Numbered from the stretch's first letter, positions 42,182 through 55,937 are shown. The stretch: 64,000 nucleotides of DNA from Guillardia theta CCMP2712 (GCF_000315625.1 NW_005434672.1:539503-603502), one strand, 5' to 3'. Numbers and translations are program-made. The notes: generated by a model from the letters alone, not told the origin.

Positions 42182-42364
42182 AATCGAGCAGCTTGCCAAG
42201 AACGTGTGCTGTGTGATAATCAATTCTTGTGAGTTTTTCTGTTACTTTAGAATTTGAGGGCTGTTGAAGTGCCTGTGCCCCAACAATTCCTTGTTGTGGT
42301 TAGTGCGTGTTTGATGATTGAACTTAGTTGGAATCTTACACTTGCTTCTCGCTCTTCTCGCTCA

Positions 42365-43020
42365 TGACACTGGCAGGCGAGCCTGTGACTGCCGGCCGCA
42401 GTGCCGAGTTGCAACTCAGCGGCGATGATAATCTGCCACACTGACTGCTGCGCGCTGTGTCGGACTGCCGCACTGCGGCAGCCTTCCGGTCGGACGGCAC
42501 GGTCCCTGAGTCCATCTGATCGGCGAGTCGAGTCCGGTACAGTAACACTGCCCCGTCAGCTGACCGTGACTGAGCCGCCTCGGGCGGCTCGGCCCTGGGC
42601 CTCGGAGGACTCGGTACGGTCGGATCGGACCGCCCGCTACCGTACCGTACTATCACGGCGGTACTGGCCGCCCCTGAGTGTCACCCGGCGCAGTCACCGG
42701 TACACGGTCGCAGGGGGGCCATCACCGTCGTGACAAAGTCCGAGCCGAGTCCATTCACTCACGCCGGACTCCGGGCTCCGCCGTTCCGAAGTTCAAGACG
42801 GTTGGCAACCGTTGCGGATACCTTACGGTACCGTACCTTGTGACAGTGTCAAGTCAGTAACTTCGGCTGGAAGGCCGCCCGCTGTCCGATACAGTGTGGC
42901 GTTCCGATCAAGTTCCGGCCCGAAGTTCACTGTCGGACTTCAAGGACTCAGCAGTAGCACTGAGTAGCCCGGGCCGGCCGGCGGCCGGGGCCCGGCCGGC
43001 CTCCCCGCGTGTGGCCCCGG
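42365..43020. promoter_or_regulatory. GC-rich palindromic-word island
   Basis: Same vocabulary as the other islands (CGGTACCG, GTCGGATCGGAC, CCGGCCGG, CCGAAGTTC). Confidence 0.45.
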
Positions 43021-43405
43021 AAGATGGGGTGTTTAGAGAGTCTCGAAGGGGTGGGGTGGTCTGGACGCCTTTGGAAAATGGCGAACCAAGAAGCAGAAAT
43101 GGTGATGGCGCGAAGCGCAAACACACGATGCTCTTATGCTCTCCTTGGCACGTCGTCTTGACTTCTCTATTGTATCTTCCTCCGACTTCTTGTGTGTCCT
43201 TCTCCTCCCTAGTCTTCTTGCCCCATCGTACAGACTTTCTCAAGTGACTCCTCGCTTCGCCCTTGACCTCTGCATCTTCCTTGACTCTTTCTCTTCGAAC
43301 CAAGTCACAAAGTTTCCTTCGCTGCATGTATCATTACCATCATTCTGTCTCTTAGCTGCCTTTGATCGTTTCCTCTCATGCGGTCGTTGACATGTTCGGT
43401 AGACA

Positions 43406-44010
43406 ATGTGGCAACGGCTTCAGGATTTGTTGGACCTCGATTACAACTACGCACCATGGAACCTCGAGAAGCATGAACCCTCCAGGTGGACATGTGAGAT
43501 GAATGGGCATCAGTTCACTGATGAAGGATGCAGGTCACTCCAAGAGTTCAGCGAAGGACTGCTCTCCCCAATCTACGCTTTCGTCAGCTTGTCACAATCT
43601 TTTGACATTCGTGAAGAAGCAAAGATCTGGGGTGACATCATTTCTGATGTGAGTAGCTGCTGTGTGATGAATCTTGTCTGATAGCGTTTCCATGCCAGGG
43701 CCTGAAAGGGACAAGAGAAGGAAACTCTCTCGGGTTCACCAGCAAGTGATATGTTCTCGGAATCCATTCCAGTGCCGCAAGGCTGTCAATAACTTTCAAG
43801 CAGTCTCTTGCGTTCAAGAGATTCCCCCCTTCTGCTTAGATGCAGCATTGGTTTCTTGGATGATCGATTCAGAACTGAAACACAGGCAGTTTGCTACTGT
43901 TTTATATGTAAACTACGTTGTGCGAGACCCCTGGAAGTTCTTGCAAGCTGTGTTGAGCGATGGCAGGCAAGACGCCATCAAGTACACCATTCATTCTCAT
44001 CGGAGTCGCA
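43406..44010 (+). CDS. Hypothetical multi-exon protein, fragmentary model
   Basis: Coding-like segments MWQRLQDLLDLDYNYAPWNLE and FATVLYVNYVVRDPWKFLQAVL separated by GT-AG-like gaps. Confidence 0.35.
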
Positions 44011-44018
44011 GACAATCT

Positions 44019-46098
44019 TCATTGGTTCACAATGAGGTAGATGTTGTCAACAGCCCCTTCCGATCGGCGATAGCTGGCGCAAGAACGAGTGAGCGCCTTA
44101 TGAACAGCAGGACTCAGTTTCACCTCAGCAGGAGGTCCTCCGTGCTCATCTCCCCAGCCTTCAGCTCCTCCATCTTCTCCCACCAACCATGAACCCAGCT
44201 GCAAGACGCAGCCAGCAAGGTCTCCATCCCCGGGGAAAACGCGTCCTTGTTGCAATCGCTGCGGGCTCGAGCAAACGCCTTGTCCCTAGCGACCTGAACG
44301 AGGGAAAATGAGGCAGAGGAGGTTGTGTTTGCAGGGCAGAAGCTACCTTCTTCTTGAGACTGGCTTCTGCTTTTGAGCTCATCCCACGAATCGTCCCATG
44401 TCTGGTCACCTGGAGGGGCTCAGTATCAACAACAGCAGGGCAGTTCGCGGGCATTTCTCACGAAATTCAGCCTCTCCATCACATACGCTGCAAGGTCGTC
44501 CCTTGCAGACACTCTCTTAGCATCTTGAAAGAAAAGGCTGGCGTGCCATGTGAGCTCATCGCACAAGAGCACGGCATGTAGACCGGAAGGACGAGCGGTC
44601 AAACTTGAAGCTTTTCCTAGAGCAGGCATCGCTGCAGGCCACCATCAGTCTCCACTCATCAGAAACAACTCCCTCCGACCTGTGCCAGAATGGCCTGTCG
44701 AAGTGTCCTGAGCGGTAAAAGTTGGTTGCAAACTTAGTAGGGTCGTAGCCACGTTCCATGCCGCTGAACCAGGCAATTCTCTCCACGTAGCCCATGAAGT
44801 TCTGCCCGTCCAGACGCTCAGCAGCAGTCTATCTTCATCAGTCCACCTACCGAGCCCATGTCGTTGACGTTTCGCTTCACCTCGACAATGGCCAAGACTG
44901 GATGCAGCAGTCGGCAACGAAGACAATCGAGCAGAAAGGCGATTCACCTAAGACTGGCTGCTCGGAGAGCCCCTGAAGCTGCGCCTTGGTCGGCTTTTCC
45001 CGCAAGGTAAGCGAGCGGGGTGAGCAGGGGAAGATCGAGAGACGAAGTCAAACATCAGCTCCTAAAGGATTGAAGCGATAGAGCACCTGCGGGTGACCCC
45101 CGACGCTCTTGCCAGCAGGAGCATCAAGCTCTCCACTTGGCATAGTAGACTTTGCGACGATGACGTAATCAAACTCGCCTCGCGCTATCCCAAGCGTCAA
45201 GCCCCTCAGCACAAAAATATTCTTCATATCGAACTGCTCGACAGGCACATCAGCTCCTGATGTTCTCATTGCGCTCCTCTCCTGGTCCCACCACGACTCT
45301 GCGTCTGCCAAGAATCTTGGAAGAATGAGCTCCTTAACGACTCGTTCAGCCTGCCCCTCGAAATCGAAACCTTTCTGCCACAAGTTGTAACATCAGAACA
45401 AACTCCATGTGACAGGCGCATCTACATAGCTCGTCTGCCTTCCAATCGCTCTCTCCGACTCCTTCATCCTCATCGAAGCCTCTTCTATCCCCACCTCCCT
45501 TCTCAGATCGAGCAGCGCCTTCTCAGCATCCTGCAGCTCCTTCCACTGTTCACAGTCAACAGGAGTTACAGCATCTCAGAACCGTCGTTACCTCTGCGCA
45601 GGAAGATATCTTCGACTCGAGATCTCTTGTCAGCCCGTCAAGCTCCGCGTACGCCGCCTGGAGCCTCTCGGAACTCTTCTGATTCTTTTCCCCGGCGGAG
45701 TTGAGCAACGCAGCGTCACCATTCGAGGCAGCGAGATTCTGCCTTTCTCGGCCCTGGCACTCCATCCTCAACTTGGAGACCTTGTCTCGGAGGCCGTCGA
45801 TGATTGACCCCGCAGGGCACGAGGCATATTCCTCCTGGGCTCGCACCAGCCTCTGCGAAGCTCGAGATAGAACGTCTTCGTGCACGGTTTCCAAGTCGAG
45901 GATTCGCAGCTGCTCTGATATTGTGGGATCCAAAGACCAGCGTCTGTAACTTGTTTGCACCCACTGAGCAAAGCTTTCTTCACTTTCAAACGGCCTCTCC
46001 ACGTTCGACTCCATGAGGAGACTGTCGATGGCTGCACGGCCGGCAACCGTACTGCCATCAACCGACGGACTGGAAGAAAAGTCCCGAGCATGTGCCAT
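44019..46098 (-). CDS. Coiled-coil plus PD-(D/E)XK nuclease-like domain protein, multi-exon
   Basis: Spliced: GRQTSYKGFDFEGQAERVV...RGLTLGIARGEFDYVIVAK...PVLVLAIVEVKRNVNDMGSNFMGYVERIAWF...DNIYLIVNQ*. Confidence 0.7.
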
Positions 46099-46449
46099 GA
46101 AGCTAGACGCAGGCTCTGCGGTGAAGGGGGCAAGGGGGGGCAGCACAGAACCGAATCTTCGAGAGACCAGCGAAAGAGGGGGGGGAGGAAATTTCGGGGA
46201 AGAAGAAGGGAGATATAGAGATGAAGAGAAGGAGAGGAGCTGGAGCGGACGAACGAAGAAGTTTCGCTCTCTCATCAGACCCTCTCCTTCTCTCCTCCTC
46301 TCCTCTCCTTCTCTCCTCCTCTCCTCTCCTTCTCTCCTCCCTCTCCCTCGAGGCTCCTTCGTACAGAGTGGATTTGCGGGATCGTAAAAAAATTCCTTGT
46401 AAAATAAAAAACTTCAGGTCGCTAGCGACCTTGAAGCGTTCATTCAGGC

Positions 46450-46521
46450 ATGATGCGCCCTGTGGCTTCGTCGGGGTCGGAGGAGGAGCATGGGAGGGAG
46501 GAGGAGCAGGGCAGCGCAGAG

Positions 46522-46556
<35 letters not shown>

Positions 46557-47865
46557 TGAAGTAGAAGGCGGAGATGAGGAGATCGTAGCTTCAAGCCAGC
46601 CTGGAGGTTCGCAAAGGTGAGTGGAGATGTGCCAGTGCACAAGGACAAACGCTGAACTTGAAGTGCATGGGGAGTAGCAAGCGGATATCAAGCATGAGCA
46701 AGGCAGCGGTGAGAGCAGCATGGAACTGGGCTCTTCTTGTCACTGAACACGTGTGCGGAGTAGGTACCAGGGATGAAGAGAAGCAAGCCCATGTGAGTGC
46801 CGGACATGCTGGCATTTTACCTGAGAGGTGACTTGAGCAGTGGCCCTCACAAGTGCGAGATATGCCAAAGGTGACTTGACTGCGAACAATGACAAGACCT
46901 GAGTATGAACAGATCTTTCAAGTATCCCTTCGCTCTTCGAGCCCATCTCCGCACTCATTCAGGTGCCGAGCAATCAGTCGTTGCGCGCTTCTTAGCTGAC
47001 GTCCACCAGGGGAGAAGCCGCACAAATGCAGGAAAGGCTTCCTCTCTGACACTCTCCAGTTGACCTGATGTATGACGAGCGATCTGCAGTCATTGTCCCA
47101 TGTCCTTCAATTATCCTTCTGCCCTAAAGGCGCACTTGAGGACCCATACAGGTCTCAAGGGCCTGTCCTTACACGCGTCATGATTGACTGCATGGCTAGG
47201 GGAGAAGCCCTTCGCCTGTGACGAGTGCGGCAAGGTGAAGTCCCGTACTTGTCGAGACTCTATGTCGTCCTGATATCCTTCGACCCAGAACTTCTCGTCA
47301 AACTCCTCCTTGTCAGAGCACAAGATGCTGCACGCAGGAAACAAGGTGCGACGCCTCGCGGTTGTCTCGTCGGGTTTCAAGGGGTTGACCTCTTGGCAGC
47401 CTTATGTCTGTGACGTCTGCGGCCTGAAGTTCGTCAAAGTGTCAAAGGCAAGCTGTTTGCTTCCCTTCTCCGGCCCTGACGTACGGCATTTCGTGTAGCT
47501 GCGATTGCACATGAGCGGTCATACTGGGGTAGGCCGCCACCACAAGTGCAGGTAGTTGTCTTGGTTTCTCTTCCACGAGGATCATTCGCGATTCATAGTC
47601 AATGCTCCAAGAGCTTCCACCATCTGATTCAGCTGCAGCAGCACGAGAGAACACACACAGGTACATCCGTTGTCGCCCCGAACCCCGCCTGAGCTCACAA
47701 CTGGTGATGGTAGGGGAGAAGCCTTTTGCCTGCCCGCACTGTGGGAAGGCCTTCTCTCGACTTCTGGCGATGAAGAATCACCTGAGAAAGTGCGGCTGTT
47801 GTTCTCCTCTATCGCACTCCCGTCACGGTCATCCAGGCACATGGCTGGGAAGGACTATCTGAAAG
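46450..47865 (+). CDS. C2H2 zinc-finger protein with acidic N-terminus and six tandem fingers; gene probably continues to about 48580
   Basis: Spliced fingers CEIC..HLRTH, CSHC..HLRTH, CDEC..HKMLH, CDVC..HMSGH, CSQC..HERTH and CPHC..HLRKH, with S/TGEKP linkers. Confidence 0.9.
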
Positions 47866-49284
47866 TCTGCGCCAGTCAAGTTGACGTTGACAAGGAACAT
47901 GGCAAGACAGTCTTGCAGCTCCTCCTGAAGCATTCTTTTCGAGCAGGTTGCTGCTGAGAACACCTACCCGCCGTGCATGACAATACCGGAGGTCAAGTCT
48001 TTCGAGATGAGGTGATGTGCTACTGAAGGCTCACGACTAGGCCATCACGTGTCACTGCGGAGCTGTTGAGATGTGCTTCACCGCGCCTCCCAGCTTCATT
48101 TGGATCTGTCACTGCCGCTCCTGCCGGGAGATGTGATGATTCCGGCATATGGGAGGGCCGGGAGACGTCGTGACTCCCATCCAGGCGAAGGGCTCCGTTC
48201 GCTACCAACGCCGTCTTTCTTGATGGACCTGCCGCTATCACGTGTTCGCGGGGTTTCGAAAACATCACGCACTACCGGGTGAGTCGTCACGTGCATTGAA
48301 GTCCCTTCACATGCATATCGGCTCCTCCCCCTCCTCCTTCTCCTCCTTCTCCTCTTCAACTCTTGCGGTGGTTTTGACGCGCGCCGTATGCAGCTCAGCC
48401 ACATAGGAGCCGGGCTGCTTGTAAATAGGTTTTGCCGGTGAACGGACAGCCAAGGAGCAAGTGCTGCTTCGCTTCACTGATGCCTGCTGCCCTATAGGAT
48501 ATGTGGAATGTCGTGCTGGACGACGGATCGCTTCAACTTCACGCTGGTGATTTGAGTGGAGTCATGCAGGGAGTCTGAAGCATGTCAAGATCAACCTCGA
48601 GAGGTTCCGAGACTCCGACGGGCGCCTCCCCCTCGACTTCAGGAAACCTCTTCTCACCTTGACCTTGTTTGACCCACAGACTTCAGGCCGGCTTTCCATG
48701 TGTTCTATCCTGAACGTGTCGAGGATTACAGCGACTCCTTGGACAAGTACGAGGTCTGCTGACTCGACTCGTCGATCCCTCCCACCCTCATCCTGCTCAT
48801 GTAGAACTTTCCCACCTTCCTTGGTGGAACAGGCAAGAGAATAACCAACGAGGTTGTAAGGTTGTTTGGCAGGTTCACATGCCTTTCTGGCTTTGCAACG
48901 TTTCTAACATCTCCGTGACACAGGGGGGCGGAGGACTGCGCCATTGAGATGGAAGCTTGTGCACGAGCCAATGAGATCTGTGACGTCACTCGTCACTAGC
49001 AAGAGTCGCAATCGTCAGATGCAGGAAAAGTCCCTTGAGGCTGTCATTTCCCGTTGCAATGCACTATTCTTTGACCTCAGACAAGTTCAACTCTTTTCTG
49101 TGTATCCTATCAAGCTTGCTTTATTTGACAAACTTGCTTATCGCTGATGAAGCTTCACTGCACGAACACAGAACCCAATCTTGCAAAACAATTTTACAAA
49201 TCCCTGACAGAAAAGTCCACTCCACAACATCCGTTAGGCCGTGGTACGACAAGGATGTCATGATGATGAGTTTGTGTGTGGGCT

Positions 49285-50612
49285 TTACTGATAGTGGCAG
49301 TTTGGTCCAGAGCAGTCCTCGTTCACGTTAACCTGGATCAACAGTCAGCATCTCTAACTTTCGTCCCAGTATGAGCGCTCACCTGGATGGGCTGCTGTGC
49401 GGCGAGTCTTTGAACGCCAGACCTCTTAGCTCCCTTGGGGGTTGTGGTGTCCCCGAGCGAGAAGGTCATCGCAAGATCGTCAGCATTGAAGACAGTCGAG
49501 TCCCAGATGTTCGCGTTAGAGCCGAACCAATCCCATCCCACGAAGTTGATGAAACCGCAGGAGCAAGGATATCCGCGGGCCTCGGCAGCCGGGCACTCGA
49601 TGACCTCAACCTTGAGGGGCAAGCCTCCCTGGGTGTAGGGGTCCTGCCAGCGAGTCAGCGAGGAGCGTGAGACCGCAGGTTTGACGTCACCTGGATCTGG
49701 CAATAGCGGGCAATGAAGCATGGGGTTCCAGTGGGCACTCTGGGCCAGTTGTTGTAGATGATGATGGAGGCGCCGGGAAGGGTGAGGGTGTCGACGGCAA
49801 CCTACATCCCAACCATCAGCGTACAACACGACCAGAGTCAACGCATGTACCATGTCAGCAGTTGGCGCAAGCTTGTTAGGAAGACCTCCGTAGTACGTGG
49901 CACCAATCTGACGCTCCACAGCGTAGGCCTGGGGAACGGAGGAGGCCGTGGAGGGATCTCCCATGATCATGAGAGCCTCGCGGCGCTTGTATCCAGAAAT
50001 GACGGGAACTTCCTTGATGTGGAAGCCGAAGTACCTGTTCATGAACTCGACGGTATAGCTGCAAACCAAAGCATTCAGTTCCTGTCAGGTCGAACTTATG
50101 TCATTGGAACCTGTCGGCTCCGTTGAACATGAAGGTGTTCCTGTTGCCAACGAAGTTGCGGATGTTCAAGGCATAGGGGCCTTCCAAGTCCAACTCAAGT
50201 GGGAGACGCTCTCCATGGCCAGGTGGAAAGAATAAGGTCCTGCAGCAAGAGTCCGAGAACTTGGCGAACATATCCGAGGTGAAGAAGGACAGATAGTCGA
50301 TCGCCAATGCCTTCGCAGGAGGGGCCGGTGGTGCCAATTCACCGGTGGCATGCCACATAGGAGGATGCTCCTTGCGGACGTCAAAACCCTCAAGCTCTGT
50401 GGCATGATCGTTGTTAAGAGCAACTGCAAGAACAGCTGCCACAGCAAGGATCGCAGCAGCGGCAAAGGCCAACGCTATCCTTCTTCTGCATTGTTTCACA
50501 TCGTTAGTCCGCAATCAACACAGAGGAGGCATCATATGAAGATATGTGCTACTACAAGAAGGTTGAAGCAACTCCATCAACATTCTCATACAACCAAAAG
50601 CTGCGCTGCCAT
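49285..50612 (-). CDS. Type II membrane-anchored hypothetical protein, multi-exon; start approximate
   Basis: RRIALAFAAAAILAVAAVLAVAL TM segment followed by Cys/aromatic-rich exons ending VNEDCSGPNCHYQ*. Confidence 0.6.
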
Positions 50613-51199
50613 ATTCTGCGACCGCACAACAACAGAGGGATTTCGTCAACAAGAGGTACAAGAATGTGGTATCAGCATGTTCTCATTCAGAACAATGAGG
50701 AGCTCGCATATTTCGGCCCACGTTTCGCTTCTCCTCACCTTCCTTCGCCTCCTTTCACGCCCGCGCCATGTTCCACCGCTCCATAGGCGCGCACCATCTC
50801 GAAGTGGCGCTCACCGAAGAGGCATCCGTTACCTACGGTTATCTCCTCCTGCGTTACGGACCGTTAAGGTAGGATTTTGCTCAGAGGAACTTTTTTCTAT
50901 GGCAACCTTTCTGTCTTTCAGCTGTGGGCCCCACAATATCTGAGGCGAGCTTGCCGAAGGAAGAATCAACCTCTCACCCCTCATTTTCCCCTGTAGACTA
51001 TGACCCCCTATAGGGGGGTAGTAGCTCCTCCAGGCACCTGCTACAACCAGGACCACGCGCCCCGCAGGAGGATGGTCCACTGAAGCAGATCGCCTGCTTC
51101 TCCGCCCTTGCTCCCTCTCACACGGGAAGAAAGAAAGAGACAGATGATCAGAGTGAGGACCGCTGGGGTTACAAGGTTATGATCCAGCAATCACACTGA

Positions 51200-52442
51200 A
51201 TGGTTTCTACATGCATGGCTGCCTCGTCAAAGGAAGAAAGCGCCAAAGCACCTCTCAAGGACGACAAAGACTTGCAGGAAAACGACATCGAATCAAATGT
51301 CGTCTGTTGTTGGGGATATTCTGCTGCTTGGCGAGGGCTCCCTGCTTGTTCTGCTCCAAGCTGGACTGTTCGACCATATATTCACTGGGGTAAGTGCAAA
51401 AAAAGTACTTGACTTCGATTGTCGAGAAACTGATGGTTTCATTTTTGTCTTTGTAGGATATCGAGATCATCTGACCTTTAAGGAATGCCTGGAAAGTCTT
51501 GCGTACTGTCACAATGAGGTTGGAAATATTTACACGCATCTTACGGCTAGCATTCTTTTCCTGGTGCTACTGGCAAATGACTCCATGCGAAATGACCTCA
51601 ACTCCCACCATCGTGCAGTGGCGGTAACCCTTGACTGTTGTGACCATGGATGGAGGTCTCTTTGATTAGACTACAGGTGTTATACGATCTTGCATCGATC
51701 GTTTGTCTGGTCTCTTCAGGCATTTTTCACCTCCTTGGCCCAGTGAGCAAGAGTGTGTATGAGAACACGCTGAAGCTGGATATGACTGGGATTGCCTGCG
51801 TGATCGTGGCGAGTTTTCTTGTTGGCATTCACTACGGATACTGGTGTCATCCAGCTCTCGGGCAAGCATACTTCTGGATTATTGCCTGCTTATCTCTGGT
51901 TGCCATGAGTTGGCCACACGTCCCCTGGCTCTTCCACAACTTTAATGCAAGCGGTAAGTCGTGGACTTGACCCTTTCTGTTTCAAGTGTTTCTCGATTCT
52001 TTTGACTGTTTTTGCAGTCGTTTTCTTTGCTTGCTTTGTAGCGTTTGCCCTGGTACCCCTACTTCACTGGGTACACCTAGTTGGTGGTCCATCCAGCGAG
52101 CAGGTGCGACATTAGAATCGGGCTGACTGTTTCTGGCTCATTGTTGATTGCCAGGCGCTTCTGTTCTTCTATAAGCTTCTATTGACCATGTTCGCTTACT
52201 TTCTTGGATTTCTGTTTTACATCACCCGCTTTCCGGAGAAGAAGTTCATCGGTCGTTTCGATTTCGTTCTGCATAGCCACCAGGTGTTTGCAACTTGTAG
52301 AAGCTGTCACTCAAAAACTGACTCGCATATCTGAAAGTTGTGGCACATATGTGTTGTGATAGGTCAGCTGCTTTTCTACTGGGCTATGTCGACGTACGCA
52401 AGATATCGAATGGAGAATTCTTGTCCTATAACACCTCAATAA
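51200..52442 (+). CDS. PAQR / AdipoR / haemolysin III family 7-TM protein
   Basis: Spliced: YIHWGYR...HNEVGNIYTHL, SSGIFHL, LKLDMTGI, YITRFPEKKFIGRFDFVLHSHQLWH. Confidence 0.93.
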
Positions 52443-53251
52443 ACATCATTTTTTGCACAGAAGGTTGCCATCACGATTGCTTGGCAGAAAGCAGTGCACG
52501 CCCTTGCTCTCAAAGTTTGAACACTTGTAAATTGCTGTCCATGGGGGACGGTTGGGTCAATATTCCTTCCCGTGTACATTCAGCCAGGTTTTCATTGTCT
52601 GTTTCTGAAGTTGAGAAATGTATGAAGATTGTAACAACTGAAATACGAAGTTGCCTTCCATGTGCATGATCGGACATATCCTGGTTCCACCATGTTCAAT
52701 GCGGCTTCATGGTTTTCGCACCTGCATGGATTATGCGTGCGGCAGGCAAGTTCCCGATTTTCGAGGACCCTCCCTTTACGAAACTCCCTAGGAGCTACCA
52801 CCCAAAAGTAATCATAGTAAAGTACCCCTTAATTTTAAGAAACAAGAACCCCGACCCCTCCTTTTTGTCGTCCCAACCGAACGACTACCCCCCAACCCTT
52901 CTGAATTCTTGGTGTTGGAGTATCAGGGGGTTCTTTACCTATGGATTGAGGGGTAGTGCAAAGAGACAACCACCCACCCAAGAACTCGTTTGATATGGCT
53001 GGTGAGTTTGATATCAATGGTGTTGAAGCGATAAGGACGCGAGAGCAAGAGGAGGAGGAGGAGGAGGAGGAGGAGGGAGGAAGGAAAATTTCAGCGAAGA
53101 GCTCTTGTTTCAAGCAGCTGATGACATATCACCACTTCAAGTCAGATGATTGGGTCTGCACTCTAGTGTAATATCAAAACATAACAAATTCGTAACGTTT
53201 GTTCTTCCTGAGCCTGACTTGTTCGTTTCTTGCCCTTCAGGCTCTTTCATA

Positions 53252-53587
53252 ATGACGGAGAAAACAACAAAAAAGAAGGCAGAAGCTGATGAACTAGGAG
53301 AGACATATCAGCTGGCCGAAGAATCGGTTGCAGAAATCAACGACGAACTTGACGAATTCGAAGCGAGACTGAGTGGAAAGAACCCTGCTCCCCGTCCAAG
53401 CGGACAGGCAAAGTCATCCAAACCCACACCTCAAAGCCATGCACCGCCTATGTTTGCTCCACCCAAGAACTATGTCAAGGTCAAATCGACAGCGATGAGC
53501 GAGGAGAAGGAGGATGACATGGAAGCGATCAAAGCAGTCTCAGAGTTGGAGGCTTTCGAGCTTCGCATGGCGAACGGCAAGAACTAA
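53252..53587 (+). CDS. Small acidic hypothetical protein
   Basis: ORF MTEKTTKKK...EINDELDEFEARL...ELEAFELRMANGKN* with an internal EL(D/E)xFExR repeat. Confidence 0.55.
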   Translation: MTEKTTKKKAEADELGETYQLAEESVAEINDELDEFEARLSGKNPAPRPSGQAKSSKPTPQSHAPPMFAPPKNYVKVKSTAMSEEKEDDMEAIKAVSELEAFELRMANGKN

Positions 53588-53640
53588 GTGTTGACAGACA
53601 GGTGCTACCACGAACTCACAGAGGAATCTTGACGAATGTC

Positions 53641-55937
53641 TCACTTTATTGTTGTACCTCCCTCAAGTTTTAAGTTAAAGCTCGAAGCGTCGGGCTTCTT
53701 GTAAATCGCTGACTTGTTGCTTCTTGAGCTGCTGGGTATGAATGAACTCATGAATTCATCCATCGATCGTTGCAGTCCGAGTGAAATGTCGGGAGCATTC
53801 CTGCTCTGCTCGTGCTTAGATTTGCTCTCTTGCAGAGTTGACGCCATCTGCAGCACCAGGGCTTCAGTCATTGCCCAGATGGGTCGAACCAGACCTGTAT
53901 GATCGAATGTTGCAGGTTGTCATCTTCCGGCAATCCTTGAGCTGCCTGCACGAGCTCTTGCAACACCTGCGCGCAAACCTTACGTTGGGGAAGCTAAGAG
54001 GATTCTGACTTGCCTGTATCTTAAGCTGCCTCCGGCGATTCCGTTGCTGGGTCATTATGAAACCCCTCCACCTAGTTAGAGAATCAGCACGATTTCCTGG
54101 GCCGAGAAACATGGACATTCCTCAAGAAACCTCTCAGAATCTGACACATTCTTTCATTCGAATCCGTTGATCTTGATTGACTCCACCTGCCGGTGTTGTG
54201 AGCAGATCGTTGTGCGATGGGTCCTCGTTTAGAATTCGATTACCTCATCCACCAAGCATATAACGCATTTCTTCTCCTTATCAATCAAAATATATCAGTT
54301 CTGACTCTGTCGAGGTTAATTTGAGTTACCATGACTTTGTAGATCGCATTCCCTTCCAATGACTCCAACAAGATCGCAATGCCTGAGACAGATTTGTCAC
54401 TTTTTGCAATGATTGGTTCTGCCTGCTTGCCGATCTCAATGATATCGACCGAAATTTGTGAACCCTTAATATATTTGCTTTCCAGCTTCTTAATGCATAC
54501 AAGGCAATCCGCTGAGCACAGAATCATTATGAGAACATGAAAAGCGTGTCTGGTCTTACATGTTCAAGGCTTTTCTTCAAACGGTTGGTATTCTTATCAG
54601 TATCGGGTCGAATATTTACAATGGCCCATTTCTTATAATGATAGACAAGGCTTCTCCTCCATGTTCGTCGATGGAAAAGGGAAATAATCCTTGACTAGAA
54701 CATTTCAAAGCATCGTCAGAATGCAATATTTCCGAAGACAATGTCCATTACATTTTGGTTCTTTTGGTCTCTCCACGAAATCAAAATTCTTCTTGTGCGC
54801 GCAATTCTGACTTTCTGAACGATTTTGTGATTGTACTTGTTTACTTGCCAATTCATCACCATGTACTGCATGAAATGATTCAAACGTCACTCTAGGGCGA
54901 GGTGTGCACAGGAATTCAACCTGTACACAAGCTTTGAGCTTCCTCCTCTTCATGTGAGCAACAATCCATCGGTGCAACGACTCAAGATTGGATTCATGAA
55001 GTATCTGCGACATCGTCCGATATCTTTGTGACAACATGCAAGCAAGCGATTTGTCAGATTTCTGACCTCAACGGAGATCTCAGATGTTACCCACCGCTTT
55101 TCTGCAGCTTCCATGGTCTCCGATATCTTCTGGTCAGTTACCTGCAGAATACATGCTCAGTTGCAACATGCTCTCTTCGCACCATCGACAAATGCTCACA
55201 TCGATGTCAGACACTGAGTAAAGCGGCGTGCAGCTTCCACTGGCTGCACTGGAGCCCCGCTGCTACAACAAGAGGTTTGAGCGCATCTTGAACATTGCTC
55301 AGTGTTGGGATGTGACCTCAATATTCTTGTCGAGATATCTCAGCATCTCTTCGTGTGAGCGACCATGGATAAGTCTTTCACCTTCAGATCCATCAAGAAG
55401 CCTCGACCTCAATCTCTGGCTCGAGTTACCAAGTTCATGGCTGCGAGCTGGTCTGGAATCCGATTCATGGGACGATTTCACAACTAGGGATGGGAATGCT
55501 GATGACGAAATCTTGCTGATGGGACTGGTTTGCACCTCGAAAAGAGATCCTTTCAACGGAGATATCTCAGCTCTGTCTGCTCGTTGTAGCCCTGGTGAAG
55601 CTTGCAAGGAGTCAGGACTGGCATCCTGTTCTCGCACTTCCCATCCTCCTCCAGCCATGGAGAGAAGGGAAGCGCCGGACAACGCATATTCCCGTGCAGC
55701 CAACAGCGCTGCAGCTTCCTCTCCCGCTTTCCGAGCCATCTCGTCTTCCCACAAAAATGAAGAAACCGGTGCCCGCGGCCGTAATGCGGCGGCGGCGTTT
55801 GGCTGTAAGGTTGCAGGAAGAGGAGGAGAAGCGAAGGAGGCTGTGAGGGCATAAGCAAGAGCCTTGTCTGCATCGCCATCGCCCCCCATCAACCCCTGTC
55901 CTCGTAGCCGTCGCGATGTCGCCATGCTCCTCGCCAT
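53641..55937 (-). CDS. Hypothetical multi-exon protein
   Basis: 212-codon first ORF, then several minus-strand coding-like segments ending ...LEGGTTIK*. No family recognised. Confidence 0.45.

Noticed and set aside
48590-49150. Possible additional plus-strand gene between the zinc-finger gene and the membrane protein
   Set aside because: Coding-like fragments are present, but I could not assemble a consistent exon chain.
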